From NCBI GenBank assembly GCA_039831155.1, contig JBDONT010000011.1, forward strand, positions 1 to 64,000: a stretch of 64,000 nucleotides of DNA, in the 5' to 3' direction. Shown here in pieces: positions 39,903-49,052 of the stretch (the first letter of the stretch is position 1; every line of letters starts with the position of its first letter). This stretch comes from Nautiliaceae bacterium (GTDB taxonomy: Bacteria > Campylobacterota > Campylobacteria > Campylobacterales > Nautiliaceae). Made by a program: the position numbers and the translations under genes. Below the pieces are notes generated by a model. It was not told where the DNA came from. It worked only from the letters and a program-made list of their open reading frames with translations, and ran no database searches.

Positions 39903-40722
39903 ATATTTAGAGGCTTTTTTGGAGTATCTAAAGATAAATAAAGGTGTAAGCAACCACACTTATAACGCTTATAAAAGAGATTTGACTCAATTTGAGGAGT
40001 TTATCGGAAAGCCTATTATCGAGGCTGATAACAGAGATATTATCTCTTTTTTATCTACTATTGAAAATAAACGTTCTTTAAACAGAAAATTAAGTGCTAT
40101 TAATTCGTTTTTTGATTTTGCGTATAAAAGAGACTGGGTTGAGAGTAAACACAAAATAAAACAAGCGAAAATTCCTAAAAATTTGCCTAAATATTTGACT
40201 AAAGAGGAGATTTTAAGAGGAGTTGAGCTGATTGATACCAGAATGTGGTACGGACTTAGGGATAAGGCTTTAATTTTGTTTTTATATGCGACGGGGCTTA
40301 GAATCAGTGAGGCTTTAAACGTAAAGCTTAGCGATATTGAAGACGGATGGGTTAAGGTTGAGATGTCAAAAGGAGAAAAGCAAAGAGTTGTGCCTATAGC
40401 TCCTATGGCTATGAGTGCTATTAAAGAGTATCTTCATAAAAGACCTTGTAACAGTGAATATCTTTTTGTAAATAAAAACTGTAAGCCTCTCTCTAGAATC
40501 AGTGCTTTTAAAATTACTAAAAAATATCTAAACGTCTCTCCTCACGTTCTTAGACACTCGTTTGCCACGGCTCTTGTTTTAGGAGGAGCTGATTTGAGAG
40601 TCGTTCAAGAACTTCTTGGACACTCTTCTTTAAACACCACTCAAATTTATACTCATATTCAAAAAGAGAATTTAAAAGAGACCGTTTTAAAATATCATCC
40701 TTTAGAGATGCTTGATGAGTAG
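39895..40722 (+). CDS. Tyrosine recombinase, XerC/XerD-like
   Basis: YKRDL SAM-like domain, LYATGLRISE, KGEKQR, HVLRHSFAT, VQELLGHSSLNTTQIYTH. Confidence 0.92.
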   Translation: MSRYLEAFLEYLKINKGVSNHTYNAYKRDLTQFEEFIGKPIIEADNRDIISFLSTIENKRSLNRKLSAINSFFDFAYKRDWVESKHKIKQAKIPKNLPKYLTKEEILRGVELIDTRMWYGLRDKALILFLYATGLRISEALNVKLSDIEDGWVKVEMSKGEKQRVVPIAPMAMSAIKEYLHKRPCNSEYLFVNKNCKPLSRISAFKITKKYLNVSPHVLRHSFATALVLGGADLRVVQELLGHSSLNTTQIYTHIQKENLKETVLKYHPLEMLDE

Positions 40723-41026
40723 TTTTAAAGAACTGACGGATATTTTAATAAAACACGGGATTTTGTGTAAAAAGCTAAAAGAGCTTAAATTAAACACCAG
40801 AAAAAAGTTGAAAGCCTATTTGGGAATAAATTTAAAAAACGAATATTGTTTTATAGTTAAACTTGAGAAAAGAAGCAGATTTTTAAGAAAAGATATTGAA
40901 ACTTTATATGAGTTTATGCCAAAAGAGATTAATTTTAGATATAAAAAGAAAATTCTTATATTAAATTCTCCGATATGTTCAAAAGCTAAAGAGGAACTTA
41001 AAAGTTGGAAAATAATATGGTCTTAG
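40715..41026 (+). CDS. Conserved hypothetical protein
   Basis: KRSRFLRKD and APICSKA-like (SPICSKA) motifs; overlaps both neighbours. Confidence 0.65.
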   Translation: MSSFKELTDILIKHGILCKKLKELKLNTRKKLKAYLGINLKNEYCFIVKLEKRSRFLRKDIETLYEFMPKEINFRYKKKILILNSPICSKAKEELKSWKIIWS

Positions 41027-41628
41027 TGGATATAGGCAATACCAATTTTCATATTTTTGACGGTAGAAAAGTAACTCATACCAAAAGGATAGTCTCTTTT
41101 AATGACGATGTTTATTATATAAGCGTAAATAAAATTAAAGAAAAAGAGTTTTTAAGTAAAAATCCGGAAGCTGTTAATTTAAAAGAGTTTGTAAAATTTG
41201 AAACTTCTTATAAGGAGCTTGGTATTGACAGAATAATGGCTTGTAAGAGTGTAAAAGAGGGTGTTGTGGTTGATGCCGGAAGTGCTATTACTATTGATGT
41301 TATGGAAAACGGGGTTCATTTGGGTGGTGTTATAATGCCCGGGCTTTTTAGTTTTAAAAAAGCTTTTGGTACAATTTCAGAAGTTTTAAAGGTTGAATTT
41401 TTTTTAATGGACGACAAAAAACTTCCAAATTCCACCAATGAAGCTTTAAATTACGGGAGTTTGGGGGCTGTTAAATGTTTGATAGAAAAACTTTCAAACG
41501 GTAAAAAGATATTTTTTACCGGGAGTGACGGGAAGTTTTTGTCTGAAATGTTTAGTAATTCGGAGTTTGTGGAAGATTTGGTATTTAGAGGAATGTTAAA
41601 GACAATAAACGAAATGGAGAGAAAATGA
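41017..41628 (+). CDS. coaX: Type III pantothenate kinase
   Basis: VDIGNT, LGIDR, VVDAGSAITID, HLGGVIMPG. Confidence 0.94.
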   Translation: MVLVDIGNTNFHIFDGRKVTHTKRIVSFNDDVYYISVNKIKEKEFLSKNPEAVNLKEFVKFETSYKELGIDRIMACKSVKEGVVVDAGSAITIDVMENGVHLGGVIMPGLFSFKKAFGTISEVLKVEFFLMDDKKLPNSTNEALNYGSLGAVKCLIEKLSNGKKIFFTGSDGKFLSEMFSNSEFVEDLVFRGMLKTINEMERK

Positions 41629-42242
41629 GTTTAACTATAGCTTTGCCAAAAGGTAGAATTGCAAAAGAAGTATTGGAAATTTTTAAAAAGATTTTTAATG
41701 AAGATTTTGAATTTGAAAACAGAAAACTTATTTTAAAAAAAGCCGGGTTTACGTTTTTAAACGTAAGAAACTGGGATGTCGCGGTTTATGTTCAAAATCA
41801 AGCCGCAGATATAGGGGTTGTTGGATTTGATGTTTTGAGTGAATTAGAAAGTGATGTGCTTGAGGTTATGGATTTGGGGCTTGGTAAATGTAGAGTTAGT
41901 GTTGCCGGTATAAAAGGCGATGAGAGTTATAAAGAAAAAACCGAAATAGTGGTGGCAAGTAAACTTCAAAACATAGCAAAAAAATATTTTTCTAAAAAAG
42001 GTATTCCGGCGAGTATTATAAAGCTTAACGGTTCTATCGAACTTGCTCCTCTTGTAGGGCTTAGTGATGTGATTGTGGATATTGTAGAAACGGGAAGTAC
42101 GTTAAGAGAAAACGGGCTTGAAGAAAAAGAGGTTATTATGACTTCAAGTGCCAGAGTTATAGCCAATAAAAACTCTTTTATAGAAAAAAAATATGAAATT
42201 TTGGATTTATTAAACAAAATAAAGGAAGTTCATGGGGCTTGA
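41625..42242 (+). CDS. hisG: ATP phosphoribosyltransferase (short form)
   Basis: IALPKGR, GSIELAP..GLSD.IVDIVETGSTLRENGL. Confidence 0.96.
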   Translation: MSLTIALPKGRIAKEVLEIFKKIFNEDFEFENRKLILKKAGFTFLNVRNWDVAVYVQNQAADIGVVGFDVLSELESDVLEVMDLGLGKCRVSVAGIKGDESYKEKTEIVVASKLQNIAKKYFSKKGIPASIIKLNGSIELAPLVGLSDVIVDIVETGSTLRENGLEEKEVIMTSSARVIANKNSFIEKKYEILDLLNKIKEVHGA

Positions 42243-42903
42243 GCTTTACGGTAAAATTGAGGACTTGTTTTTAGATAAAGAGAGTGCTTATATTTTATGG
42301 GGTGAGTTTATAGATATTTTAAAAAAATTCGGAGTAAAAAGCGTACTTGATATAGGTTGTGGGAGTGGAGATTTTTGTGCCTTGGCTAAATCAAACGGTA
42401 TAAATATTAAAGGAATAGATTTAAGTCAAACTCAAGTAAAAAGAGCAAAAGAGAAGTGCGATTGTATCGTTAAAGATGTGTGTGATTTAAAAGAGAAATT
42501 TGAGGCTGCAGTGGCTATTTTCGATGTAATCAATTATATGAACGACGAAGAATTGAAAAAATTTTTTAAATGTGTGGAAAAAGTTATAGACAGATATTTT
42601 ATTTTTGACGTAAACAGCTATTTTGCTATGAACGATTTAGCAATAGGTACTCTAAAAGCAGAGGATGAAAACAGATTCGGTGTTTTATACAGTGACTTTG
42701 AAGATGATATGCTTATTACCGAAATTACTCTATTTGAAAAAGAGAAAGAGTGTTATAAAAAAGAACAAAGAAAAATCATTCAATATTATCACAGTATAGA
42801 AAAACTCCAAAAATTAACGAATATGAAATTAATCGATAAAATTCCTATTTCGTTGTATGAAAGTGGAGAGATAGAGAAGTGGATTTTGGTGTTTGAGAAG
42901 TAG
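42232..42903 (+). CDS. Class I SAM-dependent methyltransferase
   Basis: VLDIGCGSG, GIDLS, FDVINY. Confidence 0.9.
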   Translation: MGLELYGKIEDLFLDKESAYILWGEFIDILKKFGVKSVLDIGCGSGDFCALAKSNGINIKGIDLSQTQVKRAKEKCDCIVKDVCDLKEKFEAAVAIFDVINYMNDEELKKFFKCVEKVIDRYFIFDVNSYFAMNDLAIGTLKAEDENRFGVLYSDFEDDMLITEITLFEKEKECYKKEQRKIIQYYHSIEKLQKLTNMKLIDKIPISLYESGEIEKWILVFEK

Positions 42904-43548
42904 TTATTTGGCTTTAAAACTCTCTTTGCTTACGCAAAATTCAGGTACAAAGCATTTTTCGCATTTCGGGTTTTTGGCAGTACAGATATAGCGACCGAAA
43001 AGTACAAAAGCTTGATGAAGTTCGTTTAAGTCGGTTTTGAAGGCTTTTATTAAATCTTTTTCCGTTTCTATGACGTCTTTTGCGTTCGTTATACCCAGGC
43101 GATGTACCACTCTAAAAACGTGGGTATCCACTGCCATTCTGTTTTCTCCGTTTAGTTCTATTAAAAATACGTTTGCAGTTTTGTTACCCACACCCGGAAG
43201 CTTTATAAGCTCTTTATGTTCTCTTGGTATTGTTCCGTTGTAGTTTTCTTGAACCATTTTTGCCATAGCTACCAGGTTTTTGGCTTTGTTGTTAAAAAAG
43301 TTACACGATTTTATAAGTTCTTTTACGTCTTCAATGTCGGCACAAGAGAGGCTTTTAATATTTGGATATTTTTCAAAAAGTTTAGGTGTGACCAGATTAA
43401 CTCTTTTATCGGTGCACTGGGCCGATAGAATAATAGCTACTAAAAGTTCGTAATCGTTTTTGTAGTTAAGTTCGGTTTTACTGCCTTTATAATGGGCTAA
43501 AAATCTTTTTTTTATCTCTTCTAGCTCTTTTGGCTTTCTTAAAACCAT
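42904..43548 (-). CDS. nth: Endonuclease III
   Basis: LSAQCTD, LPGVGNKTA HhH, VDTHV, C-x6-C-x2-C-x5-C Fe-S motif. Confidence 0.96.
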   Translation of the reverse strand: MVLRKPKELEEIKKRFLAHYKGSKTELNYKNDYELLVAIILSAQCTDKRVNLVTPKLFEKYPNIKSLSCADIEDVKELIKSCNFFNNKAKNLVAMAKMVQENYNGTIPREHKELIKLPGVGNKTANVFLIELNGENRMAVDTHVFRVVHRLGITNAKDVIETEKDLIKAFKTDLNELHQAFVLFGRYICTAKNPKCEKCFVPEFCVSKESFKAK

Positions 43549-43607
43549 TTTTTTCCTTTTTCAAAAATTATATCAAAAAAACCTTGCATAATAACTCTTT
43601 AAATAAA

Positions 43608-43616
43608 TGCTATAAT
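43608..43616 (+). promoter_or_regulatory. Extended -10 promoter of yebC
   Basis: TGCTATAAT upstream of AGGAG RBS. Confidence 0.65.
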
Positions 43617-43644
43617 AACAAATATTTTCTAAAAAAGGAGAAGT

Positions 43645-44361
43645 ATGGCTGGACATAATAAATGGTCTAAAGTTAAGCATATAAAAGCAAAAGAAGATGC
43701 AAAAAAGAGTAAAATTTTTACTAAACATGTTCGTGCTATTATGACTGCCGCTAGACAAGGTGGCGGTAATCCGGATAACAACCCGGCACTTCGTCTTGCA
43801 ATTGACAGGGCAAAAGCAGATTCAATGCCTATGCAAAATATTCAAAGGGCTATAGATAAAGCTACCGGAAATTTAGACGGAGTTGTTTTAAGCGAAGTTA
43901 CATATGAAGGATATGGACCTGGTGGTGTGGCTATAATGGTAGAGTGTTTGACTGATAACAAAAACAGAACCGTAGCGGAAATTCGCCACGCTTTTAAAAA
44001 AGCCGGAGGGAGCTTGGGTACTAGTGGAAGCGTTGCTTGGATGTTTGAGAAAAAAGGTATTATAGTAGTTACCAGAAGCGACAAAGATGATGAAGTTATG
44101 GAAAGTGCTATTGAAGCGGGAGCTGAAGATATTAAAGAGATGGATGAAGTTCTTGTTATAGAAACGGCTCCGGAGGATTTTAATGCGGTCCTTGAAGCGG
44201 TAAACGCAATTGAGGGAATAGAAATTCTTGAGAGTAACATTCAGTTAACTGCTACGAATTTAAGTGAAGTTGATGATGAAACTGCTGAAAAAGTAGAAAG
44301 ACTTATAGAAGTTTTAGAAGAGCTTGATGACGTTCAAAACGTAATTCATAATATGGCTTAA
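43645..44361 (+). CDS. yebC: YebC/PmpR family protein
   Basis: [28 protein letters not shown]. Confidence 0.95.
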   Translation: MAGHNKWSKVKHIKAKEDAKKSKIFTKHVRAIMTAARQGGGNPDNNPALRLAIDRAKADSMPMQNIQRAIDKATGNLDGVVLSEVTYEGYGPGGVAIMVECLTDNKNRTVAEIRHAFKKAGGSLGTSGSVAWMFEKKGIIVVTRSDKDDEVMESAIEAGAEDIKEMDEVLVIETAPEDFNAVLEAVNAIEGIEILESNIQLTATNLSEVDDETAEKVERLIEVLEELDDVQNVIHNMA

Positions 44362-44409
44362 TGTAATATTTATGTTAGGTTTATACAATTAGAAAAAAAA
44401 GGAGATTTT

Positions 44410-45288
44410 ATGAAAAAAATTTTAGTAGGAAGTTTATTGGCAGTAGGTGCTTTATTTGCGTTTCCGGGAATGGCTGGTGGAAGTATGCACGGGAGTGCGG
44501 CTTTAGTAGGAAAGCCTTTACCTGGACTTAAAGATGATACGGTACTTGCAAAAGTAAACGGAAAACCGGTTAGAGTAAAAGATATAAATGCTTATCTTCA
44601 AGGAATTACCGGAGATAATAGAATAAGACTTCAAGACCTTCCGGCTCAACACGTAAAACAGTTTGTAAAGCAATATATAGAACTTATGGAAATTTATAAT
44701 TCTAAAGCGAAAAAAATTACAAATACGGCTCAATACAAAGCTGCGGCTATGAAACTTGCGGTTGGAATCTGGCAAAGAAACGAATTTCAAAATATAAAAG
44801 TTTCCGATAAAGAGGTAAAAGAGTTTTATGAAAAAAATAAAGATTTATTTAAAACTACGCCTAAAGTAAAAGTTAGACATATTTTAGTAAAAGACGAAAA
44901 AGAGGCTGAAAAATTAATTAATGAATTAAAGGGTCTAAAAGGTAAAGCACTTGAAAAGAAATTTGCAGAACTTGCAAAAAAATATTCTCAAGGACCTAGT
45001 AAAATTCAAGGTGGAGAACTTGGCTGGATAGACCCGAATCAAATGGTACCTCCTTTTGCAAAAGCTGTTGAATCTATGAAACCAGGAGAAATTACTTTAA
45101 AACCGGTAAAAACAAGATTCGGTTATCACGTAATTTTAGTTGAAGCTAAAAACGACAAAAATTATATTCCGTTTAATGCGGTAAAAGCTAAAATAGTTGA
45201 ATATCTAAAAGCTAAAAAACTTGAAAACGAACTTCAAAAAATTAAAAAATCTTACAAAGTGGAATATACAATTCCTAAATCAAAATAA
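44410..45288 (+). CDS. Parvulin-type peptidyl-prolyl isomerase/chaperone (PEB4/Cbf2-like)
   Basis: Signal peptide; VRHILV, FAELAKKYS, GGELGW, MVPPF, TRFGYHVI. Confidence 0.9.
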   Translation: MKKILVGSLLAVGALFAFPGMAGGSMHGSAALVGKPLPGLKDDTVLAKVNGKPVRVKDINAYLQGITGDNRIRLQDLPAQHVKQFVKQYIELMEIYNSKAKKITNTAQYKAAAMKLAVGIWQRNEFQNIKVSDKEVKEFYEKNKDLFKTTPKVKVRHILVKDEKEAEKLINELKGLKGKALEKKFAELAKKYSQGPSKIQGGELGWIDPNQMVPPFAKAVESMKPGEITLKPVKTRFGYHVILVEAKNDKNYIPFNAVKAKIVEYLKAKKLENELQKIKKSYKVEYTIPKSK

Positions 45289-45297
45289 GGAGGAGAG

Positions 45298-46362
45298 ATG
45301 TTTGATTTTGTAAAACCTGGGGTATTAACTGGAAGTGAAGCTGCAAAAGTTATGGATGTTTGTAAAGAGAAAGGTTTTGCACTTCCGGCAATTAACGTAG
45401 TAGGGACAAATTCTGTAAATGCGGTAATGGAAGCTGCAAGAGAAGTAAATCTTCCTATTATCATTCAGTTTAGTAACGGAGGAGCTCATTTCTGGGCTGG
45501 AAAAGGGCTTGATAACGATAATCAAAAAGCTGCAGTTTTGGGTGCGATAGCAGGTGCTAAGCATATCCATACATTAGCGGAGGCTTATGGAGTGCCGGTA
45601 ATTTTACATACGGACCACGCGGCAAGAAAACTATTGCCTTGGATTGACGGGCTTTTAGAAGCCAACGAAAAACATTATGAAAAATATGGAAGACCTCTTT
45701 TTAGTTCTCATATGCTTGATTTAAGCGAAGAACCACTTGAAGAGAATGTGGCAACTTGCAAAGAGTATCTAAAAAGAATGAGTAAAATCGATTTACTTCT
45801 TGAAATTGAACTTGGAGTAACCGGTGGGGAAGAAGACGGAGTTGATAACACCGGAATTGATAACGCAAAACTTTACACTCAACCGGAAGATGTTGCTTAT
45901 GCTTATAAAGAGTTAAGTGAAGTTAGCGATTTATTTACAATTGCTGCAAGCTTTGGAAATGTTCACGGAGTTTATAAACCGGGACACGTAAAACTTGAAC
46001 CGATTATCCTTAAAAATTCACAAGAGTATGTAAGAGAAAAATTTAATCTAAAAGATGAAAAACCTATTAGATTCGTATTCCACGGAGGAAGTGGAAGTGA
46101 GCTTAGTAAAATTCACGAAGCTATTGATTATGGTGTCGTTAAGATGAATATCGATACGGATACTCAATGGGCGTTTTGGAGTGGAGTAAAAGGTTATATT
46201 GAAAAATATCACGACTATCTACAAAGTCAAATTGGTAACCCGGAGGGTGAAGATAAACCAAACAAAAAATACTATGACCCTAGAAAATGGCTAAGAGAGG
46301 GTGAAAAAAGTATGAAAGCAAGAGTAATTGAAGCATATAAAGACCTTAGAGCTATCAAGTGA
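45298..46362 (+). CDS. fbaA: Class II fructose-bisphosphate aldolase
   Basis: HTDHA, FSSHMLDLSE, GNVHGVY, FHGGSGS, KMNIDTD. Confidence 0.97.
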   Translation: MFDFVKPGVLTGSEAAKVMDVCKEKGFALPAINVVGTNSVNAVMEAAREVNLPIIIQFSNGGAHFWAGKGLDNDNQKAAVLGAIAGAKHIHTLAEAYGVPVILHTDHAARKLLPWIDGLLEANEKHYEKYGRPLFSSHMLDLSEEPLEENVATCKEYLKRMSKIDLLLEIELGVTGGEEDGVDNTGIDNAKLYTQPEDVAYAYKELSEVSDLFTIAASFGNVHGVYKPGHVKLEPIILKNSQEYVREKFNLKDEKPIRFVFHGGSGSELSKIHEAIDYGVVKMNIDTDTQWAFWSGVKGYIEKYHDYLQSQIGNPEGEDKPNKKYYDPRKWLREGEKSMKARVIEAYKDLRAIK

Positions 46363-49052
46363 TTTATGAGTATATAAAAGAAGGGTTAAAAAACTCTTCT
46401 TTTTTTCTTCTGCCTTTTCCCACAGGAAGTGGTAAAACTTATGCCGTTAAGAAATTTATCAATTCCACTTCAAAAAAAGTTTTATTCGTAACTCACTTAC
46501 ATCATCTTTTAGAAGATGTTTATAAAGATATTAAAAACAAAAAAGTACTTTATTTAAAAAGTGACGTCCAAAGCATTCTTGACGTTATAGATGAAAAATT
46601 TGAATTTGTAAATAGATATGAAGAGTTTAAAAACATTAAAAAATACTCCAAAATAAGGGGTGATTTGTATGATATTTTAAAAAATGACGTAAGTAAGTTG
46701 AAATTTAGGATTTTAAGCGATTCAAAAAGACTTCTCTCAAAAGATTTGACAAAACTTTTAAACGACGCTAAAAAGCTTTTTCCTTCGGTTGAAATTGAAA
46801 AATACGATGTAGTAATTACTACCACCCAAAAACTTGCCAGAGGGTTTTTTAATTTTGAAAATAAAACGTTTAAGAGTGTCTTTAAAGACGGTATTTTGTT
46901 CATTGACGAGTTTGACGCCCAAAAAGAGGTCTTAACGGATGTTTTTTGCGATTTAAAGGATGTTGAAATAATCGATTTGTTTTTAAGAATATATTTTGGC
47001 ATTAATCAAAAAGAGTTTGTTAAAAGATATAACCCTTCCAAAGAGCTTCGTTTAAAATTTAAAACCCTTTATAAAAAAGGGGTTGACAGGTTTTATAGGG
47101 TCGATACTGTAGATAATTTTTACACTTTTGCTATGGACAGTTTTAACGGTGTTATGGAAAGTGGAAATTTTATCGATAAAGAGCTTTTTGATGAAATTAA
47201 AAGTACTTTGAATTGGTTTTTCTCTTTTTCTAAAAGATATATTAATGAAATTGACGAATATTTAAGATACGTTTTGGGTAAAAACAGGGATGAATTTTAT
47301 TTGTATGCTTTAAAGAAAATTCTTTATCAGGATTTTGAGTTAGGGTCTTTAAAGGATGATTTTTATTCTAAAGGTTTTAGTTTAATAAACGTCTCAAGAG
47401 AGGTTGATTCCGAAATAGAGAATTTTAAGTGTTATGATGTTTTTATAACGCCGGAAGGATTTTTAAAGAGTTTAAATGAATCTATGCAGATAGTTGGCAT
47501 TTCTGCAACTTCCGAAATAGAAACGGTGGTAGGTAATTTTGACTTGGATTATTTGGAAGTTGATAAGTTTGAAGTGCCTTTAAAAAAACTTGAAGATAGA
47601 GAGATAATTCCTAAAGTGTTTGATGATGATTTGCATAAATGTATAAGAGAGTGTTTTTTAGGGGATTTAAATGCTTTAGAGATAATGAATTTTATAAAAA
47701 GGGTAAACGAGTATGCTTTGAGAAAATTTATTCACTTTTTTTACGCTTATAAGGAGTTTATGGATAATAACATTCATACCTTTTTGTATCTTGAGACGCC
47801 TTATTTAACTAATTATAAGAGTTTTTCAAAAGAGTTTAACGAACTTTTTATTCTTTTTTGTGCTGTTAACGGTTTTGAAAACTATTTAACCGAACTTAGA
47901 GATAAAAGAGAATTTAAAGCGGGTAAAAGAAGTTTTATCATAAGCAGTTATAAAAATATAGGGGTTGGGGTTAATCTTCAGTATGAATATAAAGGTTTTG
48001 TAAAAGATATAGACGCTATTTATCTTGGCGAAGTTACCAACTTAATTCCGGAAGATAAATTAAAATCCGTTTTTATTTTGTATTCTTTATACGTAAACGG
48101 GTATATAGGAAGTTTTAAAAAATATTTTTTGGAAATTGTAAACGGAAACTTTAGGGGGTTTAAAGGATTTTACGCTCAAACGGATGATTTTGTTGCAAAT
48201 GTGGTTAAGGTGTTGATTCAGGCGGTAGGGAGGCTTTATAGAGCTAAAAACGATAAAATTTATGTTTATACGAATAAAGCAAACTCCGATATTATCGCTT
48301 CGTATGTCGGGGATGTTTATCTTCCAAAAGCTTTAAAGAGTTTAGCGGGAGTTGAGAGAGACAGTGTAAAACCCTCTTTTGAAACTAGGGTAAAAATTAA
48401 AAACTCCCATATAAAATCAAAATTTAGCTACTATAAAAAAGGGTTTGAAAATCCTAAGATAGTTTCACAGTATAAAAAATTAAGAGAGGAGATTTACAAT
48501 TCTTTTTCATTGGATGAAGAAAAAGAGTTTAATGAGAAGTTCGGAAGAGGGTATTTTTATAAACAAAAGGATGATTTTAGTTATCTTGAGATATCTTTTG
48601 AGAAAAAAAGAGGTTTTAGTGAATATAAGGAGTTTGAGTTTGAGGGGGAGTTTAAAAAGTTTGAGTGTAAAATAAAAGGAGAATATCTTCTTTTGCCTTA
48701 TGCTTATGAGATATTTAAAGGGATTTTGGGAGAAAAGGTAGGAGAATATGTTTTTAATAACCGTTTTTCGATAAAACTTGAAGAGGTGGAAGAGTTTGAG
48801 GTTTTTGATTTTAAGTTTAAGGATAATTATATAGATTTTAAAAACTATTCCGATTTTAATTTAAAAAGAGATATAACGTCTTTAATAGAAAAAACGGCTT
48901 TGAAACTTAAAAGAGTAGGGGGTAAAAAGGCTTTTTTGATTAACGTCTTTGGAAAGGAAGGTAAGATTTACGAGGTTGGGGATGTGGTTGTCGTGCCTTA
49001 TTTAATAAAAGGGGATAAAGTTAATATGAAAGTGAGGGAGTGGTTTGATTAA
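46359..49052 (+). CDS. SF2 helicase fused to a C-terminal PD-(D/E)xK nuclease; DdmD-like
   Basis: PFPTGSGKT (I), FIDEFD (II), GISATS (III), GVGVNL (V), QAVGRL (VI); FKGILGE...FEVFDF...YIDFKNY nuclease motif. Confidence 0.82.
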   Translation: MIYEYIKEGLKNSSFFLLPFPTGSGKTYAVKKFINSTSKKVLFVTHLHHLLEDVYKDIKNKKVLYLKSDVQSILDVIDEKFEFVNRYEEFKNIKKYSKIRGDLYDILKNDVSKLKFRILSDSKRLLSKDLTKLLNDAKKLFPSVEIEKYDVVITTTQKLARGFFNFENKTFKSVFKDGILFIDEFDAQKEVLTDVFCDLKDVEIIDLFLRIYFGINQKEFVKRYNPSKELRLKFKTLYKKGVDRFYRVDTVDNFYTFAMDSFNGVMESGNFIDKELFDEIKSTLNWFFSFSKRYINEIDEYLRYVLGKNRDEFYLYALKKILYQDFELGSLKDDFYSKGFSLINVSREVDSEIENFKCYDVFITPEGFLKSLNESMQIVGISATSEIETVVGNFDLDYLEVDKFEVPLKKLEDREIIPKVFDDDLHKCIRECFLGDLNALEIMNFIKRVNEYALRKFIHFFYAYKEFMDNNIHTFLYLETPYLTNYKSFSKEFNELFILFCAVNGFENYLTELRDKREFKAGKRSFIISSYKNIGVGVNLQYEYKGFVKDIDAIYLGEVTNLIPEDKLKSVFILYSLYVNGYIGSFKKYFLEIVNGNFRGFKGFYAQTDDFVANVVKVLIQAVGRLYRAKNDKIYVYTNKANSDIIASYVGDVYLPKALKSLAGVERDSVKPSFETRVKIKNSHIKSKFSYYKKGFENPKIVSQYKKLREEIYNSFSLDEEKEFNEKFGRGYFYKQKDDFSYLEISFEKKRGFSEYKEFEFEGEFKKFECKIKGEYLLLPYAYEIFKGILGEKVGEYVFNNRFSIKLEEVEEFEVFDFKFKDNYIDFKNYSDFNLKRDITSLIEKTALKLKRVGGKKAFLINVFGKEGKIYEVGDVVVVPYLIKGDKVNMKVREWFD

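Noticed and set aside
39895-40722. Tyrosine recombinase as a prophage or island integrase
   Set aside because: Flanked by overlapping housekeeping genes; no att repeats or cargo.
46359-49052. Helicase as Cas3 or a type I/III restriction subunit
   Set aside because: No HD domain, cas genes or CRISPR array, and no adjacent DNA methyltransferase or specificity subunit; the partner gene looks PIWI-like.
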